Assembly: GCA_964347305.1 (NCBI GenBank)
Contig: CAYFYC010000004.1
Location: forward strand, 12,784-76,783
Length of the DNA: 64,000 nt
Reading direction: 5' to 3'
From: an uncultured Acidimicrobiaceae bacterium
GTDB lineage: Bacteria > Actinomycetota > Acidimicrobiia > Spongiisociales > UBA5794
Both the position numbers and the translations under genes were made by a program. How positions within the stretch are numbered: the stretch's first letter is position 1; every line of letters starts with the position of its first letter. Below the pieces are notes generated by a model. That model was not told the origin of the DNA and did no database searches. It worked only from the letters and a program-made list of their open reading frames with translations. Positions 38,735 through 48,906 of this stretch are shown here, one piece after another.

Positions 38735-40548
38735 GCGGTGATCCTCTCCAGGGACGAGCGACGCCATGGCCGCGGCCGCCCGTAGGCGACCCACCACTCC
38801 AGCAAGACGATGAGCAGCACTGCGGCGAGAATCGCAGGCGCCCACTCCCGCAACAGACCGCTCTCTTCGGGATCGACGTCATCGGACACGATGGTCGAGA
38901 GCTGTCTCGCCGTCCCGGCCGATTCGGTCGCGGCGAACTGGCGCACCGTTCGCAGGTCGGAGACGGTCGTTTCAGAGTCGTCGGTCACGACGACCCGGTA
39001 CACGCCCGGCAGCTCGGTGGCCGTGTACTCCAGCGTTCCGGCGACGAGCCGGTCGACCCTGCCATCGGGTCGCGTCACCTCGGCTGTCGTCCCCACCGGT
39101 ACGGCAACGGGGATTGGGGTGCCCGCGACCGCCGTCGATCCACTGGTGAGGCCACCGCCTCCCAGATACGACATGATGCGAGAGCCGAGGATCGGGAAGG
39201 TGACGAGGACAGGGAGGTTGCTCTCGACGAGATCGAACGTGAAATACACGACGCGGTGACCCTCGACCTCGCCGAGCAGCACGAGATCGGTCGAACCGGC
39301 ACTCACGATGGGAAACCACCCCGGAGCGTCGATGATCTGCGCCTCACCGATCACGATCTCGCTCATGTCGATGCCGTCGAGGATCGGATCCGACGGCTGC
39401 TGAAACGTGATCACCGGGTTCTCGAGACGACCGACGATCTCGATGCCGGGAGGCGGGGTGTCCGGTGCGATGAGCCACGTGGGACGGTCGATCGTCGCCG
39501 CCTGTGCTCCATCGACGATGGCCAGGTCGGGAGCCTCGCCCACGGCAGGGCCGAATCCGGGCAGCGCTCGCACCAGCGCATCGAGAAACGGTGACCCCTC
39601 GCCCACCACCGTCACCGACAGCTCCCTGGCGCCGGAGAGCACGAGCGATGCCACGTCGTCGAGCGGGTTGGCGTCTTCGTTGTCGCGAAGCGCCACCGTG
39701 ACGACGTCGCCGGGTCCCGCATCCACCTCGATGATCTCGCGAGTTCGTGCGCCGGGGTCGACCGCGAGCGGGGTGGAGCCGGTCGCCAGCCCCTCGACCA
39801 TCACGTCGAGGTCGACCTGAGCCGGGCGCCCGGCGAAGTTCGCGATCTCCACGAAGAGCCGCACCGCACCTTCGCCCGGAACACCCGTCCCGAAGGCGGT
39901 GATGGCGATGTTGTCGTTCACCTGGTCATACAGCACGTGGAGTGCATCGACCACCGGTTCGCCGACGGCACCCTCCAATCCGCCGTCGGACATCAGCAGC
40001 ACCGACGTCGGGCGGTCGGGTGTGGCGAGGCCACGGGCGAGCTGCAGCGCCCCGGCGAGGTCTTCGACCCCGCCACCCACTTCGAGCCCGTCGAGCGCGG
40101 CGAGAACGTCGGACGGCTCTCTCGAGAACGCGGCCAAGACCCGGGGCCTCGGTCCCGCCTCGACGACCGAGACGAGCTGCGCCTCGGATGCATCGCCGGC
40201 GAGCCGTCGCGCCTCGGCCAGGGCCGCTTCGAAGCGACCCGCGGTGGCCATGGAGCCGGACGTGTCGATGACGATCACCGTGTGCGGGCCCAGCAAGGTC
40301 GCCTCACGGAAGAAGGGCCTGGCGAGCAACAGGGCGAACGCGGCCAGCGCCAGCAGCTGGAGCAGCAGCGCGGCAGTGATCTTGAGCCGCTGCCAGGGCA
40401 GCGACGAACTCACGAACTGTTCCTCGCCCTCCCAGAGCATCGTCGACGGGACTTCCTGCACCTGGCGCCGGCTTCGCAACATGTAGAGCACGACGAGCGG
40501 AATCGAGAGCGCCAGCACACCCAGGGCAGCCGGAGCGAGGAAACTCAC
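38731..40548 (-). CDS. BatA-like protein: N-terminal double-TM aerotolerance-regulator domain plus a VWA domain
   Basis: MSFLAPAALGVLALSIPLVVLYMLRSRR...MLWE (BatA_N type), VIVIDTSGSMAT (MIDAS) and a C-terminal TM. Confidence 0.8.
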   Translation of the reverse strand: MSFLAPAALGVLALSIPLVVLYMLRSRRQVQEVPSTMLWEGEEQFVSSSLPWQRLKITAALLLQLLALAAFALLLARPFFREATLLGPHTVIVIDTSGSMATAGRFEAALAEARRLAGDASEAQLVSVVEAGPRPRVLAAFSREPSDVLAALDGLEVGGGVEDLAGALQLARGLATPDRPTSVLLMSDGGLEGAVGEPVVDALHVLYDQVNDNIAITAFGTGVPGEGAVRLFVEIANFAGRPAQVDLDVMVEGLATGSTPLAVDPGARTREIIEVDAGPGDVVTVALRDNEDANPLDDVASLVLSGARELSVTVVGEGSPFLDALVRALPGFGPAVGEAPDLAIVDGAQAATIDRPTWLIAPDTPPPGIEIVGRLENPVITFQQPSDPILDGIDMSEIVIGEAQIIDAPGWFPIVSAGSTDLVLLGEVEGHRVVYFTFDLVESNLPVLVTFPILGSRIMSYLGGGGLTSGSTAVAGTPIPVAVPVGTTAEVTRPDGRVDRLVAGTLEYTATELPGVYRVVVTDDSETTVSDLRTVRQFAATESAGTARQLSTIVSDDVDPEESGLLREWAPAILAAVLLIVLLEWWVAYGRPRPWRRSSLERITA

Positions 40549-41410
40549 GATGCGACCCCGGCCTCGATGAGCTGCCGCAGTGCTGCATCGACGGCATCCT
40601 GGGCAGCGACGGTGAGGACATACTCCATCCCGGCCCGACGAGAACGGAGCGCCGCCTCCTCGATGAAGCCGCGCAGCCGCTCCTCGTAACGGTCGGCGGC
40701 AGCGGTGTCGAGTGAGACCGGAACCTCGCGGCGGGTCTCGACATCACGCAGCGACAGATCACCGCTGAGATCGGGGGCGATCTCGTCCGGAGCGAGCACG
40801 TGCAACACGGCTCCCCCACCGATGCTCCCGATGATGTCGATCGATTGATCCCATCCTGGAGCCAGCAGATCGGACACGAGCACGATCGGGCCGCGATGGG
40901 CTCCGGCGGCAGCGAGGAGGTGAGCCGCACCGGGGAGATCCGTGCCCCCTTCCGTCTCGAGATCCTCGATCCAACGCTCGATCGCAGGCCATGAGCCCGG
41001 GTGGCGGGCCCACCGGCTGCGGAGCGAAACACGACCTTCGGCAGGCACGGTGACGATGCGGACCCGCTCACCAGATGCGAGACCGAGATAGGCCATGGCT
41101 GCAGTGAGACGCTGCGCCGTCAGGAACTTCTCGCCGTGGGACATGGACCGCGACGTGTCGATGACGATCTGCAAGGGCAACTCGTCCTCTGCCTCGAACA
41201 GACGCACCAGGACCACGCCCATGCGCGCCCAGAGGTTGTAGTCGATGCGCCGGAAATCATCTCCGGGGAAGTATTCGCGGTAGTCGGCGAAGTCCAGGGA
41301 CTCACCGAGCTGCACGGAGCGGTGACCGCCCGCCCACATGCCCTTCACGCGTCGCCTGTGCTGGAGAGCGAGACGCTCGAGCCGGGCCCGGAGTTCGGGC
41401 TCGAGCAGCA

Positions 41411-41411
<1 letters not shown>
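40545..41411 (-). CDS. DUF58 family protein (MoxR-associated, VWA-like)
   Basis: GESLDFADYREYFPGDDFRRIDYNLWAR and VIDTSRSM are typical of DUF58. Confidence 0.88.
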
Positions 41412-42375
<964 letters not shown>

Positions 42376-42379
<4 letters not shown>

Positions 42380-44037
42380 GAGCCCAACTCCGTGAAGTAG
42401 ATGCGAACGATGTCCTGGAGGTTCGTGGGAACGGTCATGCGGTCCAGCGCGGTCAACGCCTGCGCCTGGTATTCCGCAAAGCGGTTGACATACGGGACCA
42501 GCGGGAGATTCTCGACACCCTGGCCGCTCGTCGAGCCGCCGAGCTGACCCGTGGGGTCGTCGGGGTCGAAGTCGACCCGGTTCTCGTCTCCCCGGATCCA
42601 GTCGACCGGGTCGAGGATCTGGGAGCGGGCCGGGTCGCGAACGATGTCGTTGTCGCCCTGGCCCTGTCCATCAGGACCGCTGCCGCTCCCGGTGCCGCCG
42701 GTGACGGGATCCGGGTTGTTGGCCCCGCTGCCGGAACCTCCCCCACCACCGCCTTGACCCTGGCCCTGGCCTTGACCCTGGCCCTGTCCCTGTCCCTGGC
42801 CCTGTCCCTGGCCCTGTCCCTGTCCCTGACCCTGTCCCTGACCCTGACCCTGTCCCTGGCCCTGACCCTGTCCCTGACCCTGACCCTGTCCCTGGCCCTG
42901 GCCCTGTCCCTGACCCTGACCCTGGCCCTGACCTTGGCCCTGGCCTTGACCTTGGCCCTGGGCGTCGCGCAGATCGGCCAGCTGTCGCTGCGCGTCGCGA
43001 ACGGCGTCGCGGGCATCGGCAACGGCTCCGGCGCGGTCGACACGCTGTTGCGCATTGGCGAGCGCCTGTTGGACGGCGTCGGCCGCACCGGCCACATCTC
43101 CCGTCTCGGACGAGAGGGCGGCGGCGAGATCGTCGAGCGCATCACCGAGATCTCCTGCCGAGGGGCCCACCTGATCGGCGAGCTCCTGGACCTGCTGCGC
43201 CAGCTCACGGCGCGCGGCCGGATCGAGGTCATCGGCTTCGGAGGGCAGGTTCTGCAACTGCTCGGACACGGAGGAGCCGGAAGCGAGTGGTTGCTGCCCG
43301 AGCTTGGCTTCCAACCCTGCGAGCGCGGTCTTGATGGCGAGCGACTGCTCGTCGGAAGCATCGGCGAGCTCCTGGTCCGCCTCGCCCAGCTCACGGAGCG
43401 CCTCTTCGACATCTGCGGCATCACGAAGCTCCTCGGCGCGACGACGCAGATCGTCGGCGATCTCGGGGTCTTCGTTGGCATCGGCACGTTCTTCCAGCTC
43501 ACGCGCCACGGTGTCGATGATCGCTGCGTCCGCTTCCCGCGCTGCCTGGATGGCGTCGGCAGGAGAGGTGGGGATCGCAAGCACGAGGGCGGCGACCACG
43601 GCGAGCACGGAGAGGAGGATCAGCCGCGGCGAGGGTGCCACCCGACCCCACGCATCGAACGTGCGGCCTTCGGCCCACACCGCGGAGCGAGAGATCTGGG
43701 CGTCCTCGATGGATGTCCTGCTGGTCTTGGCCGACAGTTCCAGAGCCGTGGACACCTGGTCCCTGCCCCCGAGCCTCTGGTCGACGGCGATCGCAGCCAC
43801 CATGGAATCGGGGCGCCGCACCAAGGTGTAGATCACGACACCGATGAGCGCGGCAGCACCCACGCCGAGCGCCACGGGCTCGGCCCACGGCATGACGATG
43901 CGACGGGCGACAGCGAGGAGCACCGAGGAGGCAGCAGCAACGACCCCGATGGCGACGAGGGTGCGGCGCATGGCACCCGCTGCGGTGAGTCTGTGCCGAC
44001 CTGCGGTGATGATCCTGGTGAGAGATTCAGGCAGCAT
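42376..44037 (-). CDS. Uncharacterised membrane protein with a coiled/acidic region and a (Gln-Gly)x35 repeat
   Basis: Three predicted TM segments in the first ~150 aa, then an Ala/Asp/Glu/Leu-rich region, the QG repeat, and a C-terminal segment ending ...VPTNLQDIVRIYFTELGS. It is overlap-coupled to both neighbours. Confidence 0.7.
42751..42960 (-). repeat. Hexanucleotide coding repeat, 35 units, encoding perfect (Gln-Gly)n
   Basis: The plus strand reads gccttg/accctg/gccctg/tccctg units without interruption. This corresponds to CAG/CAA-GGC/GGT/GGA on the coding strand. Confidence 0.9.
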
Positions 44038-45127
44038 CTGTGGTCCTTCTCCGATACACCCGTCTTCTCGAGGCAGGCGCCCTCACGAGCCGGGTTGTTC
44101 CGTAGAGCGCCAGCATTGAGACGCTCAGTTCGAAGGCGACGGTTCCCGGCCAGGCGGGCGGGCGGATGTTCGGCGGCCGGTCGATCTGCTGTGGGGCGGG
44201 GACCCCACCGGGGAAGTCGCGAAAGCCGGGCTCGATTTCCACAAAGACCTGCCCGGGGAAGCCGAAGCCGCCGAACAGATCACTGCTGGCGGCCGATGCG
44301 GCGAAGCCCTGTCGCTTCACGAGCATGGCGCGGAACGGGATGTAGGGCGACGGCACCAGCTCTCCCTGGAAGGCGAGCACGTCGCTCGAGGCGTCGACGA
44401 GCCCGACGTAGGGATTGATGACGGCGCTGTACAGCTCACGGCCGTTGTCGCGCGCGTAGCCGCTCTGGAACCGGGTGAGACCGGGATCCACGTCGATCAG
44501 GAAGAACTCGGCCACGAGGAGGGCGAGCGTGCCGAAGACGAGCGCAACGGTCCACATGTAGGAGCCGAGCACCGCACCCTGCACGGACTTCGCCCGCGCC
44601 GACACCCAGATGGACACCGAGCCGATCATGATGCTGGCCGTGAGGACCAGCGCCACGCCGCCGACGAGGTCCATCAGGTCGACACCACCGAGCAGGATGG
44701 GGATCACCATGAGCGGCGTCGTGGCGATCAGCAACAACACGACGTAGGCGAGGGCTGCGCTCAGCTTCCCCCACACGATTCGCCAGGCGCTGAGCTGGCT
44801 GACCTGGAGCAACTGGAGCGTCTGCCGCTCCTTCTCCCCCACGATCGCCACCGCCGCCTGACCGGGCACGACGAAGACGACGGCGGTGAGGAGACCCATC
44901 AGCAACACATGGAGGATGAAGCGACCCATCGATGCCGAGGCGAACAGCGTGCCGAGACCGCCGAACCCGAATGAGGTGAACCGATCCTCGGCTGCATTCC
45001 GAGCCACGACGTATGCCAGGAAGGTGAGCACGCCGGCGGCGAGCACCCAGATCGACAGCAGGATCGGCGAACGCAGGGTCCTGAAGCGCTCCTGGAGCTC
45101 GCGCCGCAACACCGGGTTCATCGTCAT
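44027..45127 (-). CDS. ABC-2 type transporter permease
   Basis: NPVLRRELQERFRTLRSPILL N-terminus and six hydrophobic segments. It lies immediately downstream of, and overlaps, the ATPase gene. Confidence 0.75.
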   Translation of the reverse strand: MTMNPVLRRELQERFRTLRSPILLSIWVLAAGVLTFLAYVVARNAAEDRFTSFGFGGLGTLFASASMGRFILHVLLMGLLTAVVFVVPGQAAVAIVGEKERQTLQLLQVSQLSAWRIVWGKLSAALAYVVLLLIATTPLMVIPILLGGVDLMDLVGGVALVLTASIMIGSVSIWVSARAKSVQGAVLGSYMWTVALVFGTLALLVAEFFLIDVDPGLTRFQSGYARDNGRELYSAVINPYVGLVDASSDVLAFQGELVPSPYIPFRAMLVKRQGFAASAASSDLFGGFGFPGQVFVEIEPGFRDFPGGVPAPQQIDRPPNIRPPAWPGTVAFELSVSMLALYGTTRLVRAPASRRRVYRRRTTDAA

Positions 45128-46077
45128 TGCCCGTCCTCGCCTTTCTCATCGGTGAGCTGGAGGAACAGCTCCTCCAGACCCAGGGTGCGCATCTGCCAGC
45201 CGGCCACCGGCACCTCTGCATTGACGATCTCACGCAACAGCGCCGCCGATGCCTTCTCGTCGCCGTCGAGGACGAACGACATCCGGTTGACCTCGACATC
45301 GATGTCGCTGACCTCGGGCTTCGCCCTCAGCATCGCCTCGAGCTTCGGCGAGGATGCCGCCGCCACGGTTGCCTCGATCCTCCGTGTCGCCCGGAGCCGC
45401 TGCCGGATCGAGTCCACGGGACCCTCGGCGACGATCTTGCCGTGATCCACGATCGCGAGATGGGAACACATCCCCTCGAGCTCGGACAGGATGTGCGACG
45501 AGATGATGATGGTGCGTCCCATGCGGTTGAGCTCTGTGATCAGTTCACGGAGATCGACGCGGGCACGGGGGTCCAGCCCCGACGCGGGCTCGTCGAGGAC
45601 CAGCAGATCGGGATCGTGCACGAGCGCTCGCGCCAGCGACAGCCGCTGCTTCATGCCTCGAGAGAGGCCGTTGACGTCGGCGTCCGCCTTGTGCTCCAGA
45701 TCCACCAGTGCCAATAGATCGGCGACGACGGCGGGCCGGGCGCTGGGACGGATGTTCTGGGTCGCGGCGAAGAACTCGAGATACTCGCGACTGGAGAAGC
45801 CCTCGTAGACGCCGAAGAAGTCCGGCATGTAGCCGACATGCTGACGAACCGCGGTCGGCGACACCTGGGGGTCGACACCACCGACCCGCACTCGCCCGGC
45901 ATCGCGACGCAGCAGCGAGGTGATGAGCATCATCGACGGGGTCTTGCCCGCGCCGTTCGGCCCGATCAGCCCGAGCACCGAGCCCTCCTCGACGGTGAGG
46001 GTCGCGTCATCGAGCGCGACCGTCCCGTTGTACGCCTTGCGGACGCTGTCGAATTCGACGATCACGTCGTCACCCAC
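45124..46077 (-). CDS. ABC transporter ATP-binding protein
   Basis: GPNGAGKT Walker A, LSRGMKQRLSLARAL signature, LLVLDEPASGLD Walker B, ISSHIL H-loop. Confidence 0.93.
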   Translation of the reverse strand: MGDDVIVEFDSVRKAYNGTVALDDATLTVEEGSVLGLIGPNGAGKTPSMMLITSLLRRDAGRVRVGGVDPQVSPTAVRQHVGYMPDFFGVYEGFSSREYLEFFAATQNIRPSARPAVVADLLALVDLEHKADADVNGLSRGMKQRLSLARALVHDPDLLVLDEPASGLDPRARVDLRELITELNRMGRTIIISSHILSELEGMCSHLAIVDHGKIVAEGPVDSIRQRLRATRRIEATVAAASSPKLEAMLRAKPEVSDIDVEVNRMSFVLDGDEKASAALLREIVNAEVPVAGWQMRTLGLEELFLQLTDEKGEDGQ

Positions 46078-48167
46078 GAGAGCTGGAACCGCTGGAGCTG
46101 GAGGCTCTCCTCGAAGAACTCCTGGTCCTCGTTGAGACTCGCCCGGACGATCAGCTCACCACCGGGCGAGCGCTTCGTGGCGAGATCGATGGGATCGCCC
46201 CAGTCGTATGGAACGAACGATCGACTCGCCCAGTCGTACACCTCGACCTTGCGCAATTGGGTGAACGAGGGCCGGATGACCCCGGACCCGCTCACATCGA
46301 CCGGGAGGTCGTAGCGGAAGAGGAACTCGTCGGCGCCGTAGGCGTAGATCTCGTCGTAGTACTGCTCGACGGACGAAGAGCCTGTGACGTCGAGCAGCGT
46401 GGGGATGACCGGGCGGTCCTGACGCAGGCTCGCCGGCAGGTCGAACTCCTTGATGAAGAGCGTCGAACCGGCGGCGGCGAGGTTGCGCCCGTCGATGGCG
46501 ACCGGCGTGTCGAGTGAGTCGGTGAAACCGAAGAAGTAGGTGCCGTCGCGCAGCAACTTTCGGTCGATGGACTCGGCCTCGTAGGAGAGGGCCGAGAGCA
46601 CCTGATACGTGGTCTCGTAGAAGTTCGGGTCGGCAAACGCCCGCCGCTGGGCCGTTTCCAACACCACCGGTTCGTAGCGGGTACCCCGGTTGCGCTGGGC
46701 GATCCTCAGCTCCTGGGGCTGGTTCGGGACGAGATCCCCATCTCTCGTCGTGACCGTGTAACCCACGCCGTCGACGACGAGACCCCAGCTCCAGAAGGTG
46801 TACGGCGAGGAGTTGGTCACGGTGGTCACGCCGCCTTCGCCGACTGCGACGTCGAGCTGGAGCGGCTCTGCGCCCGAGACCCTCGCCTCGGCGGCCCCGA
46901 CGCCGAGATCCTGGAGGTTGAACGTGATGCTCTGAGGATCGTCTGCATCCTGAACGCCCGAGGCGAACCCGAACCCTTGGGCAGGGGCGATCTGCCAGCC
47001 GTCCGGGAATGCGAGAGTGCGATCGCCCCCCGTGGCCACCTGCACGACGGCGCCGGCGCGCCCGGTCACGGTCTCGCCTCTGTCGACGAAGATCGAAGCG
47101 GAGGTGACGGCGGCGTCGGCGACCTGGGCTCGTCCGGCCAACCAGAAGCCGGCGACGAAGAGCACGGACAGGGCCGGCACGGTGAACCATGCGAGCTCGG
47201 GTCGGCGAAGCCGGCGGAGGACGACGAAGTTCACCGGACCGACGAGGAGGACGAACAGCGCGATGCCGAGGAGCAGCCAGGAGAGACCGGGAACGGCGGC
47301 CTCACGTCCGGCGGACGCTGCGGAGACCAGCCCTGGTCCCTGGTTGAAACCTTGATTGCGCAGGAGACCGGGATTGTCGATGGGGCGGAGGATCGTGCCC
47401 CAGTCGGCGACGGTCACCGACCCGACGTCGGCCACCGCGACCAGCTCACCGTCGCCGACGGTGTCGACGGCGAAGGCGGTCCCGGGCCAGACGACGGCTC
47501 CTCCGGAGTCCGCAACCACGCCGATGTCACCCGGAGCGCCGACGAGGACACCCCCATCGTCGACCCAGCCGGCGATCTGGTCGAGCACGTCGCCTGAAGC
47601 GGCGGCCAGCCCGTCGTCCCCGATCACGAGGTAGTCGACGATCGGGAGACCTGCCACCACGTCGTCGGGGCTCACCCTGACGATCTCGACATCGAAGTCG
47701 ACAGGCTCGGGCGTCGCTGCGCGGAGGGAGGCCTCGGCACCGTCGGCACCGAGCAGGGCGACGACGACCGCACGGAGCGGAACCGTCACCCGGAGCTGCA
47801 GGCTCTCGAGTTGCCTCGTCTCCTCTCCGGACGTGTCGACGAGCACGACGTTGACGACGCGGCGATCGCCCAACGGGGCGGCAGTGATCTGCAGTGACTT
47901 GACACCACCTGCGGGAACCTCGATGGCTTCGCTCGTGGTGGTGCCGCCGGCCGACACGTCGAGCCGACCCACGAGCAGCAACTCGGAGGAGATCTCGATG
48001 TCGACCACGGTGTCACGAGCGGGATCGACGAACCCACCGACGCCGACCGAGGCTTCGAGCGACCACGTCTTCGGCGCTTCCTGAGCCGCCGCCGGAGGAA
48101 CGACGAGGCCGGCCACCACCATCGCCAGGATGGCCACCTTGAGCGTGCGTGTGATCGTTCCTCCCAC
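46062..48167 (-). CDS. Uncharacterised 701-aa secreted/membrane protein, first gene of the ABC/MoxR operon
   Basis: Signal-like N-terminus VAILAMVVAGLVVPPAAAQEAP, two central TM helices (WLLLGIALFVLLVGPVNFVVL, FTVPALSVLFVAGFWLAG), and large flanking soluble domains. I recognise no family. Confidence 0.65.
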   Translation of the reverse strand: MGGTITRTLKVAILAMVVAGLVVPPAAAQEAPKTWSLEASVGVGGFVDPARDTVVDIEISSELLLVGRLDVSAGGTTTSEAIEVPAGGVKSLQITAAPLGDRRVVNVVLVDTSGEETRQLESLQLRVTVPLRAVVVALLGADGAEASLRAATPEPVDFDVEIVRVSPDDVVAGLPIVDYLVIGDDGLAAASGDVLDQIAGWVDDGGVLVGAPGDIGVVADSGGAVVWPGTAFAVDTVGDGELVAVADVGSVTVADWGTILRPIDNPGLLRNQGFNQGPGLVSAASAGREAAVPGLSWLLLGIALFVLLVGPVNFVVLRRLRRPELAWFTVPALSVLFVAGFWLAGRAQVADAAVTSASIFVDRGETVTGRAGAVVQVATGGDRTLAFPDGWQIAPAQGFGFASGVQDADDPQSITFNLQDLGVGAAEARVSGAEPLQLDVAVGEGGVTTVTNSSPYTFWSWGLVVDGVGYTVTTRDGDLVPNQPQELRIAQRNRGTRYEPVVLETAQRRAFADPNFYETTYQVLSALSYEAESIDRKLLRDGTYFFGFTDSLDTPVAIDGRNLAAAGSTLFIKEFDLPASLRQDRPVIPTLLDVTGSSSVEQYYDEIYAYGADEFLFRYDLPVDVSGSGVIRPSFTQLRKVEVYDWASRSFVPYDWGDPIDLATKRSPGGELIVRASLNEDQEFFEESLQLQRFQLSWVTT

Positions 48168-48249
48168 GGCATTACGACGTCACGAGCCTTCGAGACGGTT
48201 CCCGGTATCGCCGGACCGTCGCATTGAGGCTAGTGATCGGAACCGGGCG

Positions 48250-48825
48250 TCAGGAGGATGCCAGCAGGCCGTCCACGACCTCGCGGATGTCGGGAGCGCC
48301 GATGGCGCCGTACCAGGTGTCGGCGACGCGACCGTCGGCCGTGATGGCAAACGTGATCGGCTGATACCTCGCTCCATAGAGGTCCCAGATCGAGTCGTCG
48401 AGCCCCCATTGCAGCGCATCTCCGAAGAGCGCTTCAGCCCGCGCAGCGGTCGACTCGAGATCGCTGCGACCTGCGACGGCCACGAAGTCGACCCGGCCTT
48501 CGTACTCGGCAGCAACCTGTGCGACGACGGGCAACTCCCGCCGGCAGGTCGGTCACCACTCGGCCCACACCACGAGGTACACGGGGTTGCCGGCCTCCGA
48601 GAGGACGAACTCGCCCTCGGGCTGCAGACTCAGCGTGAAGTCCGGAGCGACGGGTCGATCATCCGTAGCGGACCCGGCCGTGGTGGCGGACCCGCTCGTG
48701 GTGGCGGACCCGCTCGTCGTCGGCGCAGTCGACTCGCCCCCACCGCACGCCGCCAAGCCGGCGGCCATGACGACGGCAACGGCCAGCAGGCCGGTGCGAC
48801 GAGCGGTCCCACGAGAAGCCAACAT
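48250..48825 (-). CDS. TlpA/ResA-like thioredoxin-fold lipoprotein interrupted by one in-frame TGA at the first Cys of CxxC (selenocysteine candidate or pseudogene)
   Basis: Track ORFs 48553..48825 and 48250..48534 share a frame. The joined reading is ...NPVYLVVWAEW-TGA-PTCRRELPVVAQVAAEYEGRVDFVAV.... Lipobox AAGLAACGG. Confidence 0.6.
48515..48549 (-). promoter_or_regulatory. Interrupted hairpin immediately 3' of the in-frame TGA (SECIS-like candidate)
   Basis: mRNA ACCUG-C-CGGCGGG-AGUUG-CCCGUCG-UCGCA-CAGGU gives 5-bp and 7-bp stems and an apical loop AGUUG starting 17 nt after the UGA. Confidence 0.3.
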
Positions 48826-48906
48826 GGGACCACGCTATCCGGTGTGCGTCTCTAGCCGAAGCTTCCGTGCGACTGTTCACAGAACCTTCAGACCTGACTT
48901 CGTCGG

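Noticed and set aside
42751-42960. Possible CRISPR-like or intergenic microsatellite array
   Set aside because: The unit is only 6 nt with no spacers. It is in frame within a long ORF and encodes a perfect dipeptide repeat.
42754-44418. 554-aa plus-strand ORF beginning with an (L-A/T/S-L)n repeat
   Set aside because: It is the mirror image of the QG repeat on the other strand. The minus-strand gene is overlap-coupled to MoxR and the ABC permease, whereas the plus-strand ORF has no context.
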